A stretch of 64,000 nucleotides of DNA from Candidatus Thorarchaeota archaeon (GCA_048882045.1 JBHLRZ010000012.1:10012-74011), one strand, 5' to 3'; shown: positions 9,710 to 19,960, numbered from the stretch's first letter. Notes: generated from the sequence alone by a model not told the origin. Numbers and translations: made by a program.

Positions 9710-10312
9710 CTACGGTCTATCTTTCAGCGTTCCTCTCAGTACTTGTATCTTTTCAAAGAACATTGGTTCTTCTGAAACCGTTTCGACGTATAACCCACAC
9801 TCCTCCATGGTCTTCTGGATTGCATCTCTGTCTGCTAAGGTAGAAACTACAATGTACACACGCCCTCCCTCTACCAGATGTTGTGTTACCTGAGGGATAA
9901 ACCTCTGCGTAACCTCAGCTCCCGTTTGACCTCCTATAAGAGCATGATCCAGTCCAGTTGACATATCATCTTCCGGGAGATATGGTGGATTGAATACTAC
10001 AATAGAGAATTTTAAAGACGATTTGAATGAGGTCAAAAGGTCGGTTTGAAAAACAGCACATTTTAGGTCCAATCTATTTCTTCTCAGATTCTCCAGTGTG
10101 TTGCGAACTGCATCAAGGGAAACATCCACGCTCACAACACTCCTCGCACTTTTGGCTCCTTTCAGAGTGACCAAGCCTGCTCCGCATCCCACCTCAAGGA
10201 AATCATCGTCTGAGGTCACATGTATCGAATCTAGGAGAAGATACGTGTCGCCAGACGGGGGATAAACATCAGGAAATACGGTGAAGTTCTGATGATTGCC
10301 CACTTTTCTCAC
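9710..10312 (-). CDS. HemK-related (PrmC/N6AMT1-like) methyltransferase
   Basis: VYPPS.DTYLL, LEVGCGAG, FNPPYLP. Confidence 0.9.
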   Translation of the reverse strand: MRKVGNHQNFTVFPDVYPPSGDTYLLLDSIHVTSDDDFLEVGCGAGLVTLKGAKSARSVVSVDVSLDAVRNTLENLRRNRLDLKCAVFQTDLLTSFKSSLKFSIVVFNPPYLPEDDMSTGLDHALIGGQTGAEVTQRFIPQVTQHLVEGGRVYIVVSTLADRDAIQKTMEECGLYVETVSEEPMFFEKIQVLRGTLKDRP

Positions 10313-11175
10313 ACTCTTGGACCTGGTAGAATCTCGTCCGAAATCATCTCAAAGAGAACGTCAGCGAGATGAATCAGTGTTTCTCGATCTAGAGTTCGGA
10401 GCTTCTCAGTCCCCTCGAGATAGATAGCAGCTCGCTTCAGGATTTCCTGAGAGATCTCTTTATTATATCCGAGATTCCGTATCCAAATCTGTAGTGCTTT
10501 TCGGATGTTCTTGTTTGGATAAGGGTAGATTCCCTCAATCATCCATTGGAACACTGCATCATCCTTTGCAAAAGGACCTTCTCTTCGTGGTGTTACCTTC
10601 ACAACGGTGGATTCCACTGTCGGTACAGGGTAGAACCTATCTGCCGGAACATCCATCAGTGGGTCAACATGGGCATGATATTGGACATTGACAGTCAAAC
10701 GAGAATAGTCAGATGATCCTACTTCTGCGGCCAGTCTTGAAGCAAACTCCTTCTGATACATTAGGACTGCAAAGTCAAATTCGAGTTCCTTTAAAAATCG
10801 AAAGGTGACTTCTGAAGAGATGCTGTAGGGCAGATTGGCTACTATTTTGTTTACTTTTGGGAAGTCCACCTTCAGCGCATCACCCTCAATGATATGGACG
10901 TTGTTGAATCCCTTCGCGACATCCCGAAGAGCCTCTGCAAGACCTGGTTCCACCTCTACAACGTGAAGTGTTCCTGCCTCTGCAGCTATCCATCGCGTCA
11001 GCATTCCCAGCCCTCCACCAATCTCAAGAACCCGGTCCTGCGAATTGACTTCTGCCAGTCTAACAATCTCTCTTGCAATACTGTGACTGTTGAGGAAACT
11101 CTGCCCAAACTTCTTACTAGGTCTGACTTTGTACCTCTTCAGAAGCAAACGAATCTCGTCTGACAGAAACCTCAC
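10309..11175 (-). CDS. rsmA: 16S rRNA dimethyladenosine transferase KsgA/Dim1
   Basis: KKFGQSFL, VLEIGGGLG, IVANLPYSISS, QKEFA.RL, YSRL; probable GTG start at 11175 (ORF-track extension overlaps the upstream gene). Confidence 0.93.
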   Translation of the reverse strand: MRFLSDEIRLLLKRYKVRPSKKFGQSFLNSHSIAREIVRLAEVNSQDRVLEIGGGLGMLTRWIAAEAGTLHVVEVEPGLAEALRDVAKGFNNVHIIEGDALKVDFPKVNKIVANLPYSISSEVTFRFLKELEFDFAVLMYQKEFASRLAAEVGSSDYSRLTVNVQYHAHVDPLMDVPADRFYPVPTVESTVVKVTPRREGPFAKDDAVFQWMIEGIYPYPNKNIRKALQIWIRNLGYNKEISQEILKRAAIYLEGTEKLRTLDRETLIHLADVLFEMISDEILPGPRV

Positions 11176-11179
11176 CCGC

Positions 11180-11794
11180 TTATCGTCTTGGTGGGCGGTC
11201 ACGGTGGTCGCGTTCGTTCTCTTCTCGTTTTGGTGGGCGAACAAATAACCAGCGCTTGACATCCTCTCTGAGTTCATCAATAATCCTTGCAGTTATGACC
11301 TTCTTCGGGTTCTGAAGTTTGGTGCGACTAGCGATGTCCTCGAAGCTCTTGAATGGCTCTCTCTTTCTTTCCTCCAAGATTGCCCACATGAGTGTCTGTC
11401 CAATACCTGGAAGAAGTTGCAAGGAGTGCATCCTGGTTGTGATTGGACTGGCTTCGTTAAAGAACTGGACATACTTGTATTCGTATTTCGTTACTATTAT
11501 CTCCACTACAAGAGAAAGCTCAGCTACGCTCTCTGGAACAAGGTCCTCATAGAAGATCCTTCTCTTGACATGGTCTATCTTACTCGGTGTATCGCGAGTG
11601 ATTGCTACTCGTTCCTGAGGATGGGGCTTTACACCTCTTTGAGGAACCATCTCAAGTAGAGTAAAATGAGATTCTCCTATGCCCTGAGCTATAGTGTCAC
11701 CTCGTGGACGTGAATCACGAAGGTATTCTTTCGGTGGGACGACTGACAGGATATAGGCGTGTGTCTCAAATGTCCTGTTTTGGGGTCCTTCCAT
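11180..11794 (-). CDS. DUF655 putative RNA-binding protein
   Basis: AQGIGE..FTLLE, FFNEA.PITTRMHSLQLLPGIG, PFKSFEDI; conserved rpoF-DUF655-ksgA order. Confidence 0.92.
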   Translation of the reverse strand: MEGPQNRTFETHAYILSVVPPKEYLRDSRPRGDTIAQGIGESHFTLLEMVPQRGVKPHPQERVAITRDTPSKIDHVKRRIFYEDLVPESVAELSLVVEIIVTKYEYKYVQFFNEASPITTRMHSLQLLPGIGQTLMWAILEERKREPFKSFEDIASRTKLQNPKKVITARIIDELREDVKRWLFVRPPKREENERDHRDRPPRR

Positions 11795-11903
11795 TGGTGT
11801 ATACTCCTATAGCTACTAAGGTTCATTGTGTAACTGGTTTACCTGATTCGATAAAAACTGTTCGGACTCAGAAAGCATCTGCGCCAATCGAAACTGGTGA
11901 AGA

Positions 11904-12239
11904 CTAGGTCCTGCTCTTGATGATGAGGTCTACAATCTCAATCAGCTGTTCATCTGTTAGATTGGTTGTACGGGATGATAGTGTAGACTTGAGTTCTTCA
12001 ATGGTCGTAGGAGCAATGTTCACAATCTGTACTGCTTGGGACCTTGACATATCATAGCTCTTCATGAGTTTCTCAACAACCTTTACAGAAACAGCAGGTG
12101 CCATTCGAGAAAACGCACTTGCATGTTCAAGAGTTATTGACTGTTGAAAAGAGAGTTCTCCTTCTTTCCCTCTCTGGGCAAGTAGTTTCTTGACCTGAGG
12201 AAGGGTCACTTCCTCTTCACTGATAATCTCCTTTGGCAT
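11904..12239 (-). CDS. rpoF: RNA polymerase subunit F (Rpo4)
   Basis: KEIISEEEVTL..VK.LL..R...GELSFQQ, AVQIVNIAP.T.EEL; follows rpl21e. Confidence 0.9.
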   Translation of the reverse strand: MPKEIISEEEVTLPQVKKLLAQRGKEGELSFQQSITLEHASAFSRMAPAVSVKVVEKLMKSYDMSRSQAVQIVNIAPTTIEELKSTLSSRTTNLTDEQLIEIVDLIIKSRT

Positions 12240-12250
12240 GTTTCTTCCAC

Positions 12251-12547
12251 TCAACCCCTACTAGGTCGGAGATGCTCGCGTCTAATGATGAGTGTCTTTG
12301 TTGCTTTTCCAAGACCCACATCGACAACAACCGCTCGCCCTCTCAAGCCTGTCACCACACCTGTTCTTCCATGATATCTGCGATGTGGCATTCCCCTGTG
12401 AAAACCAGAGTCGATGACAATGTCTACATTCATACCTTCCTCGTAGTCAACTAACACCTTACTCGGTGAGGCGAGACCGCGCTGTCGCACTCTCTTGCTC
12501 ATCAAGCTACGTGTTCGGGCTCTGTAGCCATGACTCTTCTTGACCAT
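12251..12547 (-). CDS. rpl21e: 50S ribosomal protein L21e
   Basis: MVKKSHGYRARTR, GMPHRRYHGRTGVV, REHLRP. Confidence 0.97.
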   Translation of the reverse strand: MVKKSHGYRARTRSLMSKRVRQRGLASPSKVLVDYEEGMNVDIVIDSGFHRGMPHRRYHGRTGVVTGLRGRAVVVDVGLGKATKTLIIRREHLRPSRG

Positions 12548-12672
12548 GGTTATCACATGCAATAGATTCAATCTCGAAATGTGAGATATAGTCAAACTCA
12601 CACCCAAGTTCCAGCAAGACCTCTTGGGTCAACACTTAAGGATTTCGCAACAGCAATCAGGTTTTCCAATAT

Positions 12673-14034
12673 TCAAGACTCATCTCCATAGATTGCAGTC
12701 ACATTCAGTTCCGTGCACACACATTCAGTCCCTATCAAACTTGCAACAGATGGCACCGTTCTTCCATCATCACCGGAAATCAACTCCTTCACATAGGTTC
12801 CTCCTTGGACTTTGAAGAATCCCTGTAGTGTCTTGTCTGATTTCTTCCTGAGACGAACCTCGTGGATCATCTTCTCTCGTACAAGATCACTACGACGATG
12901 AGACACACGTTCTGGAGTTCTCTGCTCAATCTTGGTTCCATAGAGTTCTCTTTCGACTCTCTGTAAATCGATTTTGTCAACAATTTCAGAAGTTGCTATG
13001 ATTGCTGCATACTCCTTTATGTTTGTAGAGGCATCCTCCTTCAGCTTCTGGGAACGTTCTCGGTTGGTCATCCTAAGATCAAGAACTTCGACTCGTTTCT
13101 TCGCTTTTTTGTTGATCTTCTTTGTCAACAACTTCAAGTCTGGTTTCCTTATTTTGGGTTCCGAAACCTCGACAACAAATGGTCTGCCAGTTCCCAACAT
13201 GAGAACATCAACATCTTCCCTTCCTGCAGCATGAAACTTGAACCTTGAACCACCAGTGAGCTGTTGTGCAACTTCCCCTATATACTCAGATATTGAATCG
13301 GGATATCTTCTTCCTGTACCTCCACATTCGCTACAACCTTTTCCTCCACACTCGTTACAGTCCCATCTACTCTGTGGAATTCCTCTTTTGAGTTTGAGAT
13401 ATCTTCCATAGATGAAAATAGGATTGATTTGCAAATCTATTCTGTCATTGGTCATGTCATAGAGAAATACTAAATGGGGTCTCTCAAAATCCACCTCTTT
13501 CCCTAATAGACCTTGAATCTGTTTTCCAAGCTCTCTACTGTAATCTGACTTCAGAGCTTCAGCATGGAGCAGAGAGTGTTCAGCTCTTAGTTCGTCTTGT
13601 TTCTCATCGAGAACTGGGACTGAAATGGTTCCAACTAAGAATGTGTCGAATTCGATGTCTTTGCTCTGCTCTAGTGCCCTCCTAGCTATTGAATCAATTC
13701 CGTCAAAGACTGACTTTCTATCAACATTACAGAGATGACATTGACTTCTTTGCGTGAAGTCGATAGAATTCTTCTGAGCGATTACCTGGGCTGGCTCAAA
13801 CATCCCGTTCCCTGCAAGAAGGCTAATTGTTTCCTTTCCATTCTTCTCTCCCGATTTCAGTCGATCGTCAGCCATCATGGAGAGAATCAGTTTTAGTGAG
13901 TGGCCCCTATCTTCATTTGAAGTGTTTGTACTGAGCCAGGCAAACTGTCGTCCCAAGCACCTATCACATAGAGGATATTTCTCCAGCATGCTCACTGTGG
14001 TATCAAGCACTCTGGTATCAATAGGTGCTGTCAT
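12673..14034 (-). CDS. pus10: tRNA pseudouridine(54/55) synthase Pus10
   Basis: LCDRCLGR, GRYLKLKRGIPQSRW, FHAAGREDVDVLMLGTGRPFV, QRTP.RV.HRR, GGTYVKELISGD.GRT. Confidence 0.95.
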   Translation of the reverse strand: MTAPIDTRVLDTTVSMLEKYPLCDRCLGRQFAWLSTNTSNEDRGHSLKLILSMMADDRLKSGEKNGKETISLLAGNGMFEPAQVIAQKNSIDFTQRSQCHLCNVDRKSVFDGIDSIARRALEQSKDIEFDTFLVGTISVPVLDEKQDELRAEHSLLHAEALKSDYSRELGKQIQGLLGKEVDFERPHLVFLYDMTNDRIDLQINPIFIYGRYLKLKRGIPQSRWDCNECGGKGCSECGGTGRRYPDSISEYIGEVAQQLTGGSRFKFHAAGREDVDVLMLGTGRPFVVEVSEPKIRKPDLKLLTKKINKKAKKRVEVLDLRMTNRERSQKLKEDASTNIKEYAAIIATSEIVDKIDLQRVERELYGTKIEQRTPERVSHRRSDLVREKMIHEVRLRKKSDKTLQGFFKVQGGTYVKELISGDDGRTVPSVASLIGTECVCTELNVTAIYGDES

Positions 14035-14076
14035 TTCGTTTCCTCAGTCAAATCGTGATTCTATTTGTTCATAAAG

Positions 14077-15270
14077 CTAAAGGAATGGATTGATGTATCG
14101 CACTGCCTTGAGTCCTACCAATAACATCCTAGGGTCCGAGATAAGCTTCCTGATGACCCGACCCTGCATGTCCATATCGCCTTCTCTTCTCACAATACTC
14201 AGCAAGCCCATTTCTTGCGCATCTTTGATTACCGAGTCTAATCCCTTGTCAGAGAGTGATGAAAGAGCTTTTTGAGCTAAGTTCATTGTTTCAAGCTCTC
14301 TATAGAACTGGCTTTTACACCTTCTATCATATACAGAGAGGCTCTTCTTTGATACATCCCTCATCTTCAAGGCTTGGTCTACTACTGAACCCGCCTCGAG
14401 AGCAGCCAATCCACCAATGATAACTCCTCCTCCTGTGGTTGCCTTCACCAGTCCTGCTGCATCTCCTACAATTACAACACCATCAGTTGACAGCTTGGGT
14501 ATCGGTCTGCCTACAAGTACAGTCCCACCCATGCTACGTTCTATTTTTCCGCCCTGAAGTCGTTTACTGATGATTGGATGGTTTCTCATTGCAGCTTCCA
14601 ATCTGATTTTTGACTTGTTCCTCGCTGCCAGACCGACTCTGACCCTCCTCTCTCCAATTGGAATGATCCATGCAAAGAAACCGGGAGCTAATTGTCTCCC
14701 ATAGAACATCTCAACAAGGTCTTCTTCCACATCAACTCCCTTGACCTCATATTGGTATGCTGGGTGCTTGTATCCTTTCGGGACCGTAGAAAGTCCGACA
14801 CTCTTCGTTAATACTGAAGATACTCCTTCTGCAATGACTGTTGTAGAGGATTGATATTCACCATCTTTTGTCTTGACAGTTCGGAAACCTCCCTCACTCT
14901 TACTGATCTCTAAAACCCGTTGTCCAGTGACTATCTCAATCCCGTTGCTTGAAGCTTCGCTAGCAAGCCAAGAATCGAATCCACTTCTGTCAATGACAAG
15001 TGCCTCTCGTTGTCCTCTTTCAACGAGGATTGAATGTCCAGATGGAGCATAGATGCGTGCACCTGTGACTGTATTCTGGATGATTCCCTCGGGTGGTTTG
15101 ATCCCCAAAGTCTTCATACCTGATGAGCTCAGGAGGCCTGCACAATGATCTGGTTTCCCAACTTCTGGATGTTCCTCAAGAACAAGAACATCATGACCAC
15201 CATCAGCTATCTTTGAGGCTGCCAGCAACCCTGCTGGACCTGCACCCACTACGATAGCGTTTCTACTCAA
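14077..15270 (-). CDS. Geranylgeranyl reductase family FAD-dependent oxidoreductase
   Basis: VVGAGPAG, P.HCAG, PGFFAWIIP, VGDAAG.VK..TGGG. Confidence 0.85.
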   Translation of the reverse strand: MSRNAIVVGAGPAGLLAASKIADGGHDVLVLEEHPEVGKPDHCAGLLSSSGMKTLGIKPPEGIIQNTVTGARIYAPSGHSILVERGQREALVIDRSGFDSWLASEASSNGIEIVTGQRVLEISKSEGGFRTVKTKDGEYQSSTTVIAEGVSSVLTKSVGLSTVPKGYKHPAYQYEVKGVDVEEDLVEMFYGRQLAPGFFAWIIPIGERRVRVGLAARNKSKIRLEAAMRNHPIISKRLQGGKIERSMGGTVLVGRPIPKLSTDGVVIVGDAAGLVKATTGGGVIIGGLAALEAGSVVDQALKMRDVSKKSLSVYDRRCKSQFYRELETMNLAQKALSSLSDKGLDSVIKDAQEMGLLSIVRREGDMDMQGRVIRKLISDPRMLLVGLKAVRYINPFL

Positions 15271-15356
15271 TTAAGCACCCAGATAGTCTGCTTTGCGCAC
15301 GTTTTTAACTCTCTCCTAAGAAGACCCATCGAGTTCAAGTAACAGAGGTCGTCGAT

Positions 15357-15725
15357 TTGATATCTCGAACTTTCACCTACAAGCAAGTTATTGCGGTAAG
15401 AATGGACCTGAACATGAGCAGGGGAAAGATTGCTGTCCAGGTTGCCCATGGTGCCGTTTCAGCCGCAGAACAGGCTAGAGTCAACAAACAAGCAATATGG
15501 AGAGCTTGGCTGCGAGAAGGACAAAAGAAGGTGGCTGTCAAGGTCGCGTCCGAAGAGGAGCTGCTTGAACTTCGTCGTAAGGCTGTGAGTCATGATTTGT
15601 CACATGCTTTGATCAGAGATGCCGGAATGACAGAACTTCCTCCAGGTACGCTAACCGTAATAGGTGTCGGTCCTGCAAAGTCAGAAACTATCGATGAAGT
15701 CACTGGTGATCTCAAGCTATTGTGA
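15357..15725 (+). CDS. pth2: Peptidyl-tRNA hydrolase Pth2
   Basis: KQVIAVR.DL.MSRGKIAVQVAH, GQKKVAVKV, DAGMTE, GPA, TGDLKLL. Confidence 0.96.
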   Translation: MISRTFTYKQVIAVRMDLNMSRGKIAVQVAHGAVSAAEQARVNKQAIWRAWLREGQKKVAVKVASEEELLELRRKAVSHDLSHALIRDAGMTELPPGTLTVIGVGPAKSETIDEVTGDLKLL

Positions 15726-15734
15726 GGAATTTCA

Positions 15735-17072
15735 ATGAAGGCTGCACATCCCCTTGAACATTCTCTAGGGATGGAGCTCTATTCTACAGACTCGCCTGGA
15801 ATCGGGGGGAGGCTGAAGGAACGTTTTGAAGACTTTATTGTTCAGGAGATTACGTCTGACCAAGAGATTCTCTCACTTGAGGAGTGGCCTGAAAAGCCTA
15901 TCACTCAATCAATCGATGGTGAGCGTTCTCGGTTTCTGACGTTCACAGTTCAGAAGATGGGGCTGGCAACAATGGATGTTGCTACTATTTTAGCGTCATC
16001 ACTCAAGATCTCGCGGAACTATGTCACATATGCTGGTCTTAAAGACAAACGAGCGGTGACTGTCCAGTCTATGAGTGTACCAGCAAGAACCGCTGAAATG
16101 CTTGCTACTCTGGACCTCTCACGAATTGCTATCCGTGATATTCGATACACACGTCAACCCATACAAATCGGTGACCTTTGGGGAAACCGTTTCAGTATCC
16201 ATCTGAAAGACATTACTGTGGACAGTGAAACTGCATTGGCCTTGACCAAAGAACTCAGTAGAACTTCTCTTCTGAACTATTTTGGAGTCCAAAGGTTCGG
16301 TCTGACACGCCCGTATACTCATCTCGTTGGTAGAGCTCTAGTAAAGAGGGACTATGAAGATGCAGTTCGAATTATGCTGACCACAACCAGCGATTATGAG
16401 TCAGAAGAACTCACAAGCATCAGGAACAAGCTCTCTGAGGATATGACGCCAACGGAGAAAATCATAGAATCTTTTCCAATGGAGCTCAACTATGAGAAAG
16501 ACGTAATGAGGCATCTCATAAATCGACCAGGTGAATTTGAGAAGGCAATACTAAAGATTCCACCGAGAGTTCTCACACTTCTTGTGCATGCATTTCAGTC
16601 CTACATATTCAACCGTTTGATTAGTAAACGTGCAAGAGTTGGAATGTCGATTGATCTCCCTAAGGTAGGTGATTTCATCATCAAACTTGATGAAGCTCAT
16701 TCAGGAAGGGATTCTTGGCTCTTTGTCACTGATTCATCCTTAGAAGAGAGGGAGCGACAGGTGAAGACTGGACAGTACGGAGTGGCTTGTACTGTTCCAG
16801 GATATTCCTCAAGATTACCTCCTTCTAATCAAACAGACTTACTGAAACAGACACTCAAGGATGAGGATATCCAGTTGCAAGAGTTCAGAAACTCAGAGAT
16901 GAAATCCTTGGATGCTCCAGGAGGACTGCATCTCATTTCGATCTTCTTGAAGGATTTAGAGGCGTCTTCGACAGATGAGGGAATTGAAGTGCAGTTCAGT
17001 CTTCGAAAGGGCTCTTACGCTACTATTGTGATGCGAGAGATAATGAAGAATCATCCCATCAATAGGGTTTAG
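15735..17072 (+). CDS. truD: tRNA pseudouridine(13) synthase TruD/Pus7
   Basis: EDFIVQEI, YAGLKDKRAVT.Q, GDLWGNRF, NYFGVQRFG, HAFQSYIFN, GSYATIVMRE. Confidence 0.96.
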   Translation: MKAAHPLEHSLGMELYSTDSPGIGGRLKERFEDFIVQEITSDQEILSLEEWPEKPITQSIDGERSRFLTFTVQKMGLATMDVATILASSLKISRNYVTYAGLKDKRAVTVQSMSVPARTAEMLATLDLSRIAIRDIRYTRQPIQIGDLWGNRFSIHLKDITVDSETALALTKELSRTSLLNYFGVQRFGLTRPYTHLVGRALVKRDYEDAVRIMLTTTSDYESEELTSIRNKLSEDMTPTEKIIESFPMELNYEKDVMRHLINRPGEFEKAILKIPPRVLTLLVHAFQSYIFNRLISKRARVGMSIDLPKVGDFIIKLDEAHSGRDSWLFVTDSSLEERERQVKTGQYGVACTVPGYSSRLPPSNQTDLLKQTLKDEDIQLQEFRNSEMKSLDAPGGLHLISIFLKDLEASSTDEGIEVQFSLRKGSYATIVMREIMKNHPINRV

Positions 17073-17647
17073 AATCTCCTCTTTCTCATTTCTTCCATTC
17101 GTTGGTCAAACTCGTCTGGAGTTTCATCCTCTTTCTTCAATCTGTCATCCTGATATTCAAAGAGAACGGATTCGCCCATCACCGCTGAAACTATGAGGCG
17201 GAGTTCCTCTATTGTATATCTTATCCGTTCTCTGTCCTCTCCTCGGAGCATGACTATACTCTCTTTGGATCCGTCTGGAAGATAGAGACTATTCACACCC
17301 ACCTCGTTTGCAGGATGAATAAACTCTCGCACTACTCTACGGAGCTTGACGGGTCCCTCAACAATTATCGGTTCACCGAAGTAATCGGTTATCTCCTTGA
17401 CCAGATCTTCCTCAGCAAGGATGAGTTCTTTCCCTCTCTTCTTGACAACGAGGACTATCTTCTCACCCACTCTTGCAGCTCTCAATAGTGTGAGATCAAT
17501 TAGACTTGGATAGTCCTTCCCCTTCTCCAGCAACCACTTGCTAAATTCAATGTCAAAATGTTTGATTTCTCCTCTTTCGAGTCTTGCCTGACAATTTGTA
17601 CAAAGCATGTCCGATTCCAGATCGAAGTTACAGACAGGTAGTCGCAT
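17069..17647 (-). CDS. Archaeal NusA-like protein with N-terminal Cys motif
   Basis: LPVC..D...MLC..CQ.RL..GEI N-terminus and P.....GVN.LYLPDG, as in the archaeal second NusA-like family; next to Alba. Confidence 0.7.
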   Translation of the reverse strand: MRLPVCNFDLESDMLCTNCQARLERGEIKHFDIEFSKWLLEKGKDYPSLIDLTLLRAARVGEKIVLVVKKRGKELILAEEDLVKEITDYFGEPIIVEGPVKLRRVVREFIHPANEVGVNSLYLPDGSKESIVMLRGEDRERIRYTIEELRLIVSAVMGESVLFEYQDDRLKKEDETPDEFDQRMEEMRKRRF

Positions 17648-17717
17648 CTATGTTTCCTCGCCAATCTCGAAGGCTCAGTTAAGACAGAGCTTCGGGCGAG
17701 GAAAGCATAGAACTTGA

Positions 17718-18050
17718 CTACTTGGACAATGTTATGTCAATCGTTGAAACATTCAAGTCACTACCCTTGTCCGTTTGGACAGTTGTAGTCCCGATTTCTA
17801 TGCTCTTCACTAGGAGGTCGGAAATGAACCTATGACGCGTTATCTCTGCAACATCAACAGCCCTGCTGATCAGCCTACCCCTTGCCTTGATGACTACTTC
17901 ATCTGCGCCCTTGTTGAACAAGGTCACACAAGCCAAGACATAGGACATGACATTCTTATTACCCACTAAGATACAGTCCAAATCGTCATGGACCTTGTCC
18001 GAATCGGCTTTTTTGCTGCTCGACTTTCCGCCGGTGTTTTCCTCCGTCAA
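17718..18050 (-). CDS. albA: DNA/RNA-binding protein Alba
   Basis: [41 protein letters not shown]. Confidence 0.95.
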   Translation of the reverse strand: MTEENTGGKSSSKKADSDKVHDDLDCILVGNKNVMSYVLACVTLFNKGADEVVIKARGRLISRAVDVAEITRHRFISDLLVKSIEIGTTTVQTDKGSDLNVSTIDITLSK

Positions 18051-18238
18051 CCGAAGTCTCTCCGCCTACTACTGTTGCCAGTAGACCACAATAGGACTCA
18101 GTCTGATATAGATTTCGTTTCCAATCATAGAGTAACATCTAGACGAATTTATTATCGGAGGGACTCCTCTTAACATGGCGCTTTGCCAAACCTTTTTCTT
18201 GGCTTGGTCTTGGCACACACCTCGGGAAGTATCAATAA

Positions 18239-19504
18239 ATGCCGAAGTTGACATTTCTAGGATCTTGCAGAGAGATTGGTAAATCCGGATTTCTTGTTGA
18301 ACAAAAGGATGAGAGTGTCCTGGTGGATTATGGTGTCAAATTCACTGATCCACCAACTTTCCCTGACATGGTGCCCACGGACAGCTTACAGGGAATTGGA
18401 CTCACACACGCTCATCTAGACCATTCGGGTGGTATTCCCAGTGTACTGTCTCATACTGAGGCATCCCTATTCTGTACACCTGCAACTCGTGACCTGAGTG
18501 TTCTTCTGCTTCGTGATATGTTCAAAATTTCCAAAGGACCACTTCCCTTTAATCGGAAGGATATCGCACTTGTCAAAAGACAATGTCAAGCCACACCCTA
18601 TGAACAAACAATACCACTTGGTCATAACTTCGAGATGACACTGTTCAACGCTGGACATATTCCAGGAAGCTCCATGGTGTCAGTCAGAGTTGACGGGAAG
18701 CGGATTCTCTTCACCGGCGACTTTAACGCAACAGAGTCTCAACTGAACCTAGGTGCTAGGAAGAACCTCCCCAAACACGATATCGTTGTCACCGAGAGTA
18801 CATACGCTCGTCGAGTCAATCCAAACCGGGAAGATATTGAGGTCGCCCTGATTGATACGGTGATTGAAACTCTTGAAAGGGGTGGGACTGTACTAATTCC
18901 CGCTTTTGCAGTAGGGCGAAGTCAGGAAATCATGTGCATCCTAGAACAGCATGAGATCCCTCGTAAGTATCCCATGTACATCGATGGCATGGCTCGGGCT
19001 GTCAATGAAATTCTTGTGAAACATCCCGAATACCTTCAAAGTCCCCAATCATTTCAGAGGGCTGTGGGGAGGACTCATATCATCCACGACAACCGAGATC
19101 GCACAAAGGCCGTTCAGAAGGGAGGCATCATCATCTCTCCAGCGGGGATGCTGAAGGGTGGTGCATCACATCTTTATTTCAAAATGCTCCATGATGACCC
19201 AAAGAATGCTATTGTACTTGTAAGTTACCAGATTCCTGGTACTCCAGGGGCTGAGATGCTTGCCACGAAAAAGGTGGTAGTAGGAAATCGGGAATTTGAT
19301 GTCACAGCAGACATACGTCAGCATCATCTGTCATCTCATTCAGACTCCAAGGGTATGCTAGACATGCTCACTAGGATTCCCGGGGACCCTGAATTCTATG
19401 TTATCCATGGAGAACCAGAATCATGCGACGCTCTTGCTGAAAAGCTGGAAAAACGGAAACGTGTGGCACATGTGCCTGAGATAAACGAGAGTGTCAAAAT
19501 CTAG
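18239..19504 (+). CDS. MBL-fold beta-CASP ribonuclease (aCPSF2-like, no KH domains)
   Basis: FLGSCREIGKS, THAHLDHSG, AGHIPGS, TGD, ESTY, PAFAVGRSQE, SSHSD, HGE. Confidence 0.9.
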   Translation: MPKLTFLGSCREIGKSGFLVEQKDESVLVDYGVKFTDPPTFPDMVPTDSLQGIGLTHAHLDHSGGIPSVLSHTEASLFCTPATRDLSVLLLRDMFKISKGPLPFNRKDIALVKRQCQATPYEQTIPLGHNFEMTLFNAGHIPGSSMVSVRVDGKRILFTGDFNATESQLNLGARKNLPKHDIVVTESTYARRVNPNREDIEVALIDTVIETLERGGTVLIPAFAVGRSQEIMCILEQHEIPRKYPMYIDGMARAVNEILVKHPEYLQSPQSFQRAVGRTHIIHDNRDRTKAVQKGGIIISPAGMLKGGASHLYFKMLHDDPKNAIVLVSYQIPGTPGAEMLATKKVVVGNREFDVTADIRQHHLSSHSDSKGMLDMLTRIPGDPEFYVIHGEPESCDALAEKLEKRKRVAHVPEINESVKI

Positions 19505-19716
19505 GCTAAGGCTTCTCCACCTCTTGCCTCTACAACTTGACACTTGACCTGCTGGATGATTTCCTCGGCCTTTTGGGGCTCAACAACCATTGTGTAGAGG
19601 TATTTCTTTGTGCGGAGTTTGAGCTTTACTTGGTCAGTACCTCTCTTGACCCTGCATTCCTCTGCATCCTCTGACATCTCGAGGAACTTATCGACATCAT
19701 AGATTTGTTTTGGCAT
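19501..19716 (-). CDS. rpl38e: 50S ribosomal protein L38e
   Basis: From ATG 19716: MPKQI.DV.KFL......CRVKR...VKLKLRTKKYLYT. Confidence 0.9.
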   Translation of the reverse strand: MPKQIYDVDKFLEMSEDAEECRVKRGTDQVKLKLRTKKYLYTMVVEPQKAEEIIQQVKCQVVEARGGEALA

Positions 19717-19743
19717 TGTTAAGCACCATTGTTTTCTGAGATT

Positions 19744-19766
19744 TGGTGGGCTGGACGAGATTTGAA
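19744..19766 (-). repeat. Isolated tRNA 3'-end copy (T-loop to CCA), inverted relative to tRNA-Val
   Basis: TTCAAATCTCGTCCAGCCCACCA vs tRNA-Val 20109-20131 TTCAAATCTCGTCCGGCCCACCA (22/23 identical). Confidence 0.85.
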
Positions 19767-19960
19767 ATGGAATCCAACCTGAATGTCCACCTGCTGATGG
19801 CACGGCTTATGATGTTGTTATAACTCTAACGCTATGAATTCATGTCTTTCTCGCAGTGATTTGACACGCAATATCCATCGAGTGCATTTGTGAATTTTAC
19901 TAAATTGCGTGACGAAAATTCGATTGCTGCATTAAAGGTCAACAAAACTCAACGTCATTC

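Noticed and set aside
11176-11280. N-terminal extension of KsgA in the ORF track
   Set aside because: Overlaps the DUF655 gene; homology starts near GTG 11175
19717-19803. N-terminal extension of L38e
   Set aside because: Covers the tRNA-fragment leader; the family begins at MPKQI
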